Source of the DNA: Auanema rhodensis
Lineage: Eukaryota > Animalia > Nematoda
Direction of reading: 5' to 3'
Length of the DNA stretch: 64,000 nt
NCBI GenBank assembly: GCA_964057225.1
Contig: OZ059900.1
Span: 14,012,001-14,076,000 of the forward strand
Position numbers and translations under genes: made by a program. Under the pieces are notes generated by a model, which made no database searches, was not told where the DNA came from, and saw nothing but the letters and a program-made list of their open reading frames with translations. Below, piece by piece: positions 27,843 through 37,100 of the stretch (within the stretch, counting starts at the first letter, position 1; each line of letters starts with the position of its first letter).

Positions 27843-28562
27843 TCATTTGGAAGCAGATATCGTGGAGTTTAGAACTTCACTAACACGCGAATCCGTTAAA
27901 TTGTCCACCGTCGAATCGCATAGTGAAAGATGTGGTGAAGATTGCTGCATAGAATTCGTTGGTTTAACGATTACAGTGGATGATGTTTGTTGCGATTGGG
28001 CACTTCTAATAGCCGTTTGGACTGCTAAACAGATATCAGAATCGCCTAATTCTTCTGAGTACACGGAGCTGCTGTCTTCATCGGCTTCTGCACTTGATTC
28101 AAGCGTATTGGACTTAGCACGAGGTAAGGCTATTTTAATAACTGCGTGATCTGTTTGATCAATGTTAGAAGCTTCAAGAGTAGGGTCCACTACGTTATCT
28201 TTTGATAAACTTTGATTAGTTTTTTCAGAAAGTAATGCAGAAGACGTTGCAACGGTATTAGTGTTTTCAGATTGAGCAATGTGTTCAGTCAGCAATTTCT
28301 TGTCATCCGTGTCCTTCTTGTCGTTTGTGTCCTTTTTGCCTTTCTTGTTCTTTTTCTTTCTGTCATCTTTTTGCTCTTTACTTTCCATTTTTTCCTTATC
28401 ACCGTCGTTCTTGTTGTCCTTCTGGCTACCGTTATTTCTTTCTCCCTCATTTGGATCTGTCTCGTTCTAATGGCACCCTTAATTTTTTTGCTGACTGTCA
28501 CTTGTTTCCATTGGTTGGATTTCCATTTGACCATCATCCTTTTTATCATCATCTCTCTGATC
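27843..28562 (-). pseudogene. Truncated copy 3 of the same last exon
   Basis: Same ORF translation as copy 1, offset by 2362 bp. Confidence 0.85.
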
Positions 28563-29314
28563 GAAAAATTGGAAACCGTATAGTAATTTTGATCATTAAT
28601 AAAAGAACGTTGTATTTAATAATCTAATCAAACTTGCCAAAACAATATTAAACATCTTTATCGTCCAGCCTTTTTCTTGAAATCCCTTTTTTTACATCAT
28701 AATAATAAACTCTTTGTTTTCTTTATTTTCGAAAGTTCATGAAATCATGGATCTACATCATTTCGAACAACTACTTGATATGGTCAGGCTTAAAAGTAAA
28801 GCATTACATATGCTAATACTATCTCTTGAGAATAGATACATATGATATGATAGAATGGAAAAATGAAAAATCATTTGAGACAAAGAATTTATTGAAATTC
28901 AAATTAAGCAATATACAAATCAAATATTAAAAATGAATAGAACAAAAATTAAAAAAAGTATCTCAAGATAAAAGTGATAATTTCGATACAAGAATCAATA
29001 TAATAATAACGAATCAAATAAATCTCATTTGGAAGCAGATATCGTGGAGTTTAGAAGGCTAGCGCACCTAATCACCCATTTTCCAAAAATTGACACAAAT
29101 AGGAGTTTTTCCAACAAATGTGATCAATTTTCATCAATTTACGCACAATTTCAAGATTTTTTCAATTTGGGTGAATTTCGAGACCAAAAGTCTGACGCAC
29201 CAAACACCCATAGTAGGGTGATTACTTTTTTTCACCGCTCTAACAAGCCGAGGATTTAACCGGACATTTATACACTCATTGCAATATTTTGAAGTGAAAA
29301 GAAATCTTTAAAAA

Positions 29315-30080
29315 TTACTTGATTTTCTTTGCAACTGGCTCAAACGGCTGAAACATAACAATTAAACCAAATCTCTAATTAAATCAACTTGCATCTTGAT
29401 TGACGATTTTTGAAAAAGCAAAAATGATTTGTGCAGGGATGATTTTCGTTTCGGGATAATGATTTGCGACCTCAGCGATTGGCATATTTTCTTGATGAAC
29501 AAATTTGAAGTCTTTCTTTTCGACGGAGATCCCGAGGAAGCGTCCCCAATGGTCGAAGATACCGGAGCCAGAATCCCCACATCTTCCATGAGAAGCTCCA
29601 ACGAAGAAACTGGCTAAATCAAACTGTTAATATTTGTAAAGTTAAAAATTAGACATACTGTACATTTCCGATACAGTTCCTTCTTTCCATTTTGGCATGC
29701 GCTGTTCATTTATGCCCAGTTGTCTGTAGGATTGACCACGAAACATCGAATAAAATCCATTTGGATAACACGGAAACATTTGGTCGACGAGCTCAAACAC
29801 CACAATATCGGTGGTATAAGAAATTGTCTTCACAACTGCCTAAATAGCAACTAGTTTAAAAAAATTGGGAAAGAAAAACCTCGCGTTGAATATCCGAGTC
29901 AGTTACGTTATACAAGATGATCTTCTCGCCTTCTTTGAGTATCGAATGTGGACCGTGGTAAAAAGAAGCAGCATGACGTTTATCGATTGGCACCACGCAC
30001 AAATGCAACTCGGCGTCGGGCTTGGAAGTCGTGAAGAGCGAGGCTTCGAGCTTTTGCGCTGTCAAATATTCCATCGCCAT
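29315..30080 (-). CDS. WOSP-like trypsin-fold serine protease A (apparently intact, no signal peptide)
   Basis: Exons 30080-29880, 29839-29659, 29613-29393, 29347-29315. Triad motifs ASFYH, TDIVVF, RCGDSGSGIFD. The last intron is GC-AG (45 nt) giving PFEPVAKKIK*; without it the ORF stops at 29384. Confidence 0.8.
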
Positions 30081-30633
30081 CTAAACAGACATTTATTAGT
30101 AAATAAGGATTATTATTAGTTAATTAGTTGAACGTTTATAATGAAAATGAATAGATTTACACGATTGAAAAAGAGAGAAAGATGGAAAAGTTGTTAAGCA
30201 AACCGGGGAGTGGGAAATGATGCAAACAAGGGTTTGAGAACATAATTCTCTCATATGCAAATTTTTGGAATTCATATTAAAATCAACTGAAATTCGTCAA
30301 ATGTGATGACTATTGGATTTGTGAGTTTTGATTTTTCTTGGGTAGATTGTTTGGGAAGCAATTTAAAAAAAAGCTAATTGTGGTCGATAGCTGTCACATC
30401 AAAATTAGCATCGATAGTTCTATTTTTGGACAGAAATTCTTTTGCATTCCCGGTTTCTTTCATTTTGTTTCACAACGCGCTAGCGTGTTGCGTCGCGTGT
30501 GTCTAATTTAACTGGGGCAAATGTGTGATTGTGTTTGGTCACAGTGAGGAAGAGAAAAGAAGGTCATACAAAGAGAAAGAGAAATTGCCAGGGCAATTTG
30601 AGCTGACGAACAAATTGAGAAAACATTGACGTA

Positions 30634-31188
30634 TTGTTTACTCATCAAGGAAATCATAAATGGGTTGATATTCTTGATGATTTGGTGAAAGGCTATAACA
30701 ATCATTATCACTCTTCAATAAAAATGACTCCAACACAGGCTTCAAAAATAGAAAATGAATCGATAGTTTATAAAAATCTCTTTCCTTCAAGTGAGGAAGA
30801 AAATACTCCAATCAAAGCGAAATTCAAAATAGGAGACACTGTCAGAATTACAAAATATAAAACTATTTTCGATAAAGGATATCTTCCAAATTGGAGTACT
30901 GAAGAATTTAAGATTTCGGAAGTTTATACTGGTGAACCAATTATGTATTCTATTAAAGATCTTGCAGATGAAGAAATCAAAGGAAAGTTTTATGAAGAAG
31001 AACTCACACTTTACAATAATATCAATGAAGAGTATAAAGTTGAAAAAGTGATAAAACATAGAAAATCTAAAGGAGTAAAAGAAGTGTTTGTTAAGTGGTA
31101 TGGATATCCAGATAAGTTTAATTCATGGATAAAGAAAACGGACTTAAATTTCACAAGTGAATCCGAAGGAGATCCTTTGAAGATCTAA
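30634..31188 (+). pseudogene. Maverick c-integrase C-terminal fragment A with chromodomain
   Basis: KWVDILDDLVKGYNNHYHSSIKMTP...FKIGDTVRI...FDKGYLPNWSTEEF...FYEEEL...YKVEKVIKHR...VFVKWYGYPDKFNSWI. Intronless; the N-terminal DDE core and an ATG start are missing. Confidence 0.88.
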
Positions 31189-31193
31189 GCATT

Positions 31194-31226
31194 TTATACA
31201 CTTACAACCTTAACTCTATTATGCTT
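31194..31226 (-). pseudogene. Last ~10 codons of a Maverick major capsid protein (copy A)
   Basis: Translates to KHNRVKVVSV*, matching the KDNRVKVVSI* end of the capsid fragment at 33282; same convergent position just after an integrase stop. Confidence 0.75.
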
Positions 31227-31238
31227 TCAGTTGATAAA

Positions 31239-32700
31239 ATGGCGGATCAAGAAGTTGTCGAAAAAGTGTGTCAGATCTATGCAGATGACGGCGAAAAGTG
31301 CGCAAAGGTTCTGGAAAATCTTTCAATCGAAGATGCGAAATGTGTTGGAAGAGAAAATTCCGCAATGTGGAAGATGCTGAAAAACCTCATTGCCTTTGAT
31401 CAGGTGAGCTTTTATGCTTTAGCAAAGTTTAAATCTGTGAAATTTGAAGTGCTAATTTGCCAAACGCTAATTTTACTGTTTGTTTTTCAGCAATTCAAGT
31501 ATTATTGCGAGAGGGTCGTTCTATCCCCTGATAAAATGCCGCCCCAACCAACAACTCCTGCTAACGTGGAAGGTTTGTATGATTTTCGATTAAATTCATT
31601 ATCTTTCATTAACAGCTTTAATTTGTATGTTTTTATACGAGAAGGATTTTTACTTAAAATACTTATTTTAGCTCAATTCACAACTCCTTCTCGTCCAGGA
31701 ACACCGATGGAGCAAATTTTGAACGAGCGTTCGATGAGCCCGTATCATCCTGAGTGTGAGATTTAACTCGAATTCATATTGAAAACTTATTATCTCTCTT
31801 TAGTGCCGCACGAACCTGCACCATCAGCAAAATGTTTCACTAAATGGACGTTTTACTTGATGGAACAGACGAAATCGACTGCAATTTGTGTTCATCCAAG
31901 ATTTTTCGTCACATTCAGACATGGATCCCACCGTCGCTTCAACATTGGCAATAATTTGAAATTATATCAGTAAGTTCTTAGCATATTTCTTATATTTTGT
32001 TGTTAATTTATAGTGCAGAAAAAGAGGTGGACGAACAAACCGGCGTTGATGTGTGTGTGGCGAAAATTTTTGAAGCATACGATTTCATCTTGCTGAAAAG
32101 CAGATCCAATGTCGTTGATGTAAGTTCTTGAAACATTTTTTATATTTTGATGTTAATTTGCGTATTTTAGCGAAAGCCTTCAATCGCAAATGCTGAAGAC
32201 TCGATACGATTCACATTAGCCGGGTTCGGGAATGACGTGGGATCTCTTTCATATTTGCCAGGCTTGATCCATTCTGTTCGTCGTCATTATTTTTCTGGAT
32301 TGGGTCCATTTATTCTTGGAACAAGTCGAAGCTCGTGTGGTGACTCAGGTAAATATTTTTTTTTTGGTTAATTAAATTCTGATTGGAACTTTTAGGTGGT
32401 GGAATTTGGGGAGCAAAAGGCCTCATCGGGATGAATTATGGGTACGCCATTGAAGAACCACTAGGAAGCCATATCCGAAGCTGCAATTTTCAGCGCGAAA
32501 AATATCATTTCTCCTGCTCTTGAATTCGAAAAGGCTTATATGGTATGTCAATTCATTACTGCTAATACAAATTTATCTAATAACATTTTGTTTAGGAGGA
32601 ACTCGAAAAAGAGAGAAAAGAAGAAGGATCGCCACCAAATAAGAAATCATGCCTTGTGACTGTCGTCGATGGAAGCACATTATATGGAGCTTTTGTTTAG
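31239..32700 (+). CDS. WOSP-like trypsin-fold serine protease B (probable frameshift/stop downstream of the catalytic Ser)
   Basis: TTTCAG acceptor then ATG at 31239; eight exons; triad FFVTFRH, YDFILLKS, SCGDSGGGIWG. The reading frame ends at TGA 32521-32523, while the frame that splices to the final exon (…SPPNKKSC…*) contains TAG at 32462. Confidence 0.78.
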
Positions 32701-32931
32701 TATGTCTTTGTAATGTGGCTTAATTTATTAAATGTTTAAGAATAAAATTTGTTTTTCAAATTCTGTTAGGCTGTGGGTAAGTGGTTCGCCAGACATATTT
32801 TGATCATTTTTCAAAAATAACACATTTTGGGGAAATTAAATATGATTTTCAATAAAAAAATGTTTTTAAAATGTTAAAAATCTGCAAAAATCGCATTTGG
32901 GCAAAAATAAAGGGTTGCAATAAGTTTGCGT

Positions 32932-33265
32932 TTTTCAAGATTGGTGATACTGTTTGTGTCACAAAATATAAAGTCATCTTTGATAAAGGATATCTGCCTA
33001 ATTGGAGTACTGAACAATTCAAAATTTCTGAAGTTCACCCAAATAAAGAAGGGATTACAATGTATTCTATTAAGAAATTGAAGAAATTAAAGGAAAGTTT
33101 TATGAAGAAGAGCTCATACTTTATGATAATGTTACTCAGGAGTGTAAAATCGAGAAAGTTTTGAAGAAGAGAACGAGAAAAGGTGTCAAAGAGCTACTAG
33201 TCAAGTGGTATGGATATCCAGATAAGTTCAATTCTTGGATTACAGAAATAGATATGAAATCCTAA
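32932..33265 (+). pseudogene. Maverick c-integrase C-terminal fragment B with chromodomain, frameshifted
   Basis: FKIGDTVCVTKYKVIFDKGYLPNWSTEQFKISEV, frameshift near 33075, then KGKFYEEEL...LLVKWYGYPDKFNSWI...*; clearly diverged from fragment A. Confidence 0.85.
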
Positions 33266-33281
33266 ACATAAAGAAGTTATC

Positions 33282-33775
33282 TTAAATACTGACAACTTTA
33301 ACCCTATTATCCTTGACTTTAACAATATTTTCTGAAAGAATCAGACAGTAACATTTAGTACTTTGAGCAATGTTTTTATTAAAGGAAGCTTTCATTGTAA
33401 CATCAGGTCGAGATGCAATAATTCTATCATTCTGTTTAGATACATCGAAAAGTAATAGTAGACATTTTCTTCCATAAATACATAATCTTTGACACTTTCA
33501 TAATAACTAAATTCTTTTGCAAAATTGTATTGTTGGACTGCATTGAATTTATCAAAATCGAATTTTAAGCATTCATATGGATATCTTTCACTATTGAGTT
33601 CAACGTAGATTTCTTCAAGCCCACAGTTATCGAACTTTGCAGCATTTAGATAATTATTATCTCTAGCAGCCTGAAATGCAATGACAAGATATTTTATCTT
33701 ATCATATTTAGTTCCAAGTTTCCAAGTAAATTCTCTGGTGGCATTAGGAATATTATAACTTTCAAATTGACGAAA
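33282..33775 (-). pseudogene. Maverick/Polinton double-jelly-roll major capsid protein, C-terminal fragment B
   Basis: FRQFESYNIPNATREFTWKLG...YLVIAFQ...KFDNCGLEEIYVELNSERYP..., frameshift near 33450, then FDVSKQND...CYCLILSENIVKVKDNRVKVVSI*. These motifs resemble animal Polinton MCPs; intronless; convergent with the integrase. Confidence 0.78.
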
Positions 33776-34149
33776 ACAATATTAAACATTCTTATTTTCC
33801 AGTCTTTTTCATAAAATCCCCTTTTTTACTTTATTGTAATAAACTCTTTGTTTTCTTTATTTTCGAAAGTTCATGAAATCATGGATCTACATCATTTCGA
33901 ACAACTACTTGATATGGTCAAGCTTAAAAGTAAAATATTACATATGCTAATGCTATCTCTCGAGAATAGATACATTATGACAGAATGCAAAAATGAAAAA
34001 TAAGTCAAAGAATTTATTGAAATTCAGATTAAGCAATATACAAATCAAATATTAAAAATGAATAGAACAAAAATAAAAAAAAGTATCTCAAGATAAAAGT
34101 GATAATTTCGATACAAGAATCAATATAATAATAACGAATCAAATAAATC

Positions 34150-37100
34150 TCATTTGGAAGCAGATATCGTGGAGTTTAGAACTTCACTAACACGCGAATC
34201 CGTTAAATTGTCCACCGTCGAATCGCATAGTGAAAGATGTGGTGAAGATTGCTGCATAGAATTCGTTGGTTTAACGATTACAGTGGATGATGTTTGCTGC
34301 GATTGGGCACTTCTAATAGCCGTTTGGACTGCTAAACAGATATCAGAATCGCCTAATTCTTCTGAGTACACGGAGCTGCTGTCTTCATCGGCTTCTGCAC
34401 TTGCTTCAAGTGTATTGGACTTAGCACGAGGTAATGCTATTTTAATAACTGCGTGATCTGTTTGATCAATGTGAGAAGCTTCATGAGTATGGTCCACTAC
34501 GTTATCTTTGGATAAACTTTGATTAGTTTTTTCAGAAAGTAATGCAGAAGACGTTGCAACGGTATTAGTGTTCTCAGATTGAGCAATGTGTTCAGTCAGC
34601 AGCTGCTTCTTGTCATCCGTATCCTTCTTGTCGTTTGTGTCCTTTTTGTTCTTTCTGTCCTTTTTACCTTTTTTGTCCTTCTTCTTTCTGTCATCTTTTT
34701 GCTCTTTACTTTCCATTTTTTCCTTATCATCGCCGTTTTTGTTGTCCTTCTGGCTACCGTCTTTCCTTTCTCCGTCATTTGGATCTGTCTCGTTGTAATG
34801 GCACCCTTCCTTTTTTTGCTGACTGTGACTTGTTTCCATTGGTTGAATTTCCATTTGGCCATCATCTTTTTTATCATCATCTTTCTGATCGTCGTCTCCT
34901 TTACCGTCTTTTCTTTTTTTTTCCTTTTCCTCTTTCTTCTTCTTCTTCTTTTTCTTCTTATCCTTTTTCTTCTTCTTTTTCTTCACTTCCAAATCTTCCT
35001 CGGCAACATTGGTCGTTTTGGAATCATCCGTGTTCTTCTTTTTAATACCTTCAGCAGTCGCTACTTTCGCGTCTGTAGTTGTGACCTTCTTTTTCTTTTT
35101 CGACTTATCTTTCTTTGTGCCGCTCAAAAGATCAGAGTTTTGTTTGGCACTCATAGCTGTAGCAGTATCGATTTTCACAGTCGCAATATCAGAATTGGAT
35201 GTGGAGTTAGAAATCTCAGCACCAACGTTCTTCTTCTTTGATGATTTGGAATCCGTTTTCTTTGAAGTAGTAACCTCGCCTTTCGAGGCAGCTTCCTTTG
35301 CTGCTGCTTTTGCGGCGGCCTTAGCGGCTGTTTTCTCAGCTGCTTGTTCTGCTGCTCTTTTTTGCTTCTCCTCTTCTTGTGCTTTTTTCATTTTTTTCTT
35401 AGCTTCTCGTTCTAGAGCTTTAGCCTCTTTCCGCTTCGCTTTAGCTATGTTAGCTTGACGTCGAGCAGCCATACGCTTCGCACGTTTCTTTATGCGCTGA
35501 GCCATTTTCCTTTCTTGTGCAATACGACGTTTGACTTCACGCGATTTTGCTTCTCGCGCTGCAGCCCTTTCCGCTTTAGTGGGTCTACGACGACCCCAGG
35601 CATTTCGCTTTCGCATAGCTTCTTCAGCTGCTTCACGTTCTTGGCGATATTTCTCATCTAATTGCTTTTGACGCTCATCTTCGAACTTTTCCCAAATAAT
35701 AGCAGGTATGTAGTTCACCGTTTTATCTTTAGCTACTGCTCTCATTATAGCATTTCTGAAAAGTTTTTTTTCCATATTATTGAGGAAAGAGTTGCTTACC
35801 TAGTCTGACACATAATTTCCGTCGTCTCATGTACAGTTTTCACTGTTGTCGCCAACATTTCCCGAATATTCCGTATTTTATCTTTATCTTCTTCACTGAG
35901 TTCTGGTTCAGGCTCCTGATCTAAAGCGGAGAAGAGTTTTATTTGATATTTAATTTGAATGACTTACTTTGCAGTTCAAAATTGACTTTACGAGATCCCA
36001 AACAGACAATCTCACTATCGGGATCATCAAGTTTTTCCGGTGTGAACAATGTAGTGTTGCTGCTAGATCGATCTACATCGTCATTAAGTCTGAAAAAATG
36101 CCTGTTACTTCCAAACATAGTCATCTCAAACTCACATTGCTCGAATTTCCAGTAAAGCTTCATGAATGTCTGGATATTTGAAAGGAATGTGCGTAGGCTC
36201 TTTTTTTCTCTCAATATCCTCTAAGTAATATTCAATATGATCATCATATAAAGGAACATAATCATGTGGTCTGGAAATTTCTTCATGAAACAATGAAAAT
36301 ATATTTGTGATTACTTGAGAACTGTGCGCTCGCCACGACGATTTATGAAAAATCCATGAGGATTAGATGATACTTTTGGTCCAACCCATCCCGGTGAAGC
36401 AAACTGAAATAAGCTATTTATTTCTGTATTGTCATTGTTCACATTACCTTCATCATAGCATTCAGTTGAAGACGATCAGGATTACAAATTAATGAGTCAT
36501 TTTTTTCACCAAAAGGAGGCCGACGCTCAGGAAGAAACTGTATTTGTGGAATCATAAGAGATTGACGGATACGCTTATATCTCTTATGCATGCGATCAAT
36601 GTCTGTATCGTTTTGTTCTAAAAAAAACTATAGTAGAAAAAGGAAATTCAAGCTTTCTACCTTTGTCTAAAGTGATATCTCGACAGATTTTGAAATACTC
36701 AGCAGGCAAATAGCGTTTTGAGAACGCTAAACACATATCTAATAGACTATATTCATATTGTCGTTGTTTATCGAGATCGGTATCAATTTTTGCTAATTTC
36801 AGTCGAGCAAGTCTGAAAAACAATAAATTATTGCAAACTTCAAGTATATAAATACTGACTCCATATCATAATCATCCGTCTTGAAAGAATTTTCGGAAGC
36901 TTTTTCAGAAGATTTTTCAGAAGATTTTTTCAGTTTTTTCTTAACAACAGGCTCTTCATTTATTTGCAAAGCGCATTTGGCTGATTCATCTTCTCCATCG
37001 CTGTCGACAACGTTTTCTCTCATTTTGAACAGGTCATTTCTCATTGATGAAAACTGTCGTGTTGAACAAATTAAATTATTATTGCCCATCGCTGCCTTGT

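Larger units (their letters stand above)
25020..29056. repeat. Tandem array of a 1181-bp unit (3 full copies + ~0.4 copy)
   Basis: Units start at about 25020, 26201, 27382 and 28563 (gaaaaattggaaaccgtatag). Identical ORFs recur at exact 1181-bp offsets in the ORF track. Homology stops at 29056. Confidence 0.97.
29057..33775. mobile_element. Degenerate Maverick/Polinton-derived block with protease cargo
   Basis: Contains two integrase/chromodomain C-termini, two double-jelly-roll capsid 3' ends and two trypsin-like proteases. Boundaries are where homology to the duplicated host sequence is lost (29056 and ~33775). No pPolB, ATPase or TIRs seen. Confidence 0.8.

Noticed and set aside
25485-28627. 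Plus-strand hydrophobic ORFs in the repeats (also at 34154-35661)
   Set aside because: Antisense shadows of the K/D/E-rich coding strand.
29069-29224. 9-bp inverted repeat taatcaccc/gggtgatta, and gctagcgc inverted at ~29058/30480, as possible element termini
   Set aside because: Too short, no target-site duplication found, and unlike long Maverick TIRs.
32760-32930. Possible DNA-transposon end (agggttgcaataagtttgcg) before integrase B
   Set aside because: No matching inverted partner found in the window.
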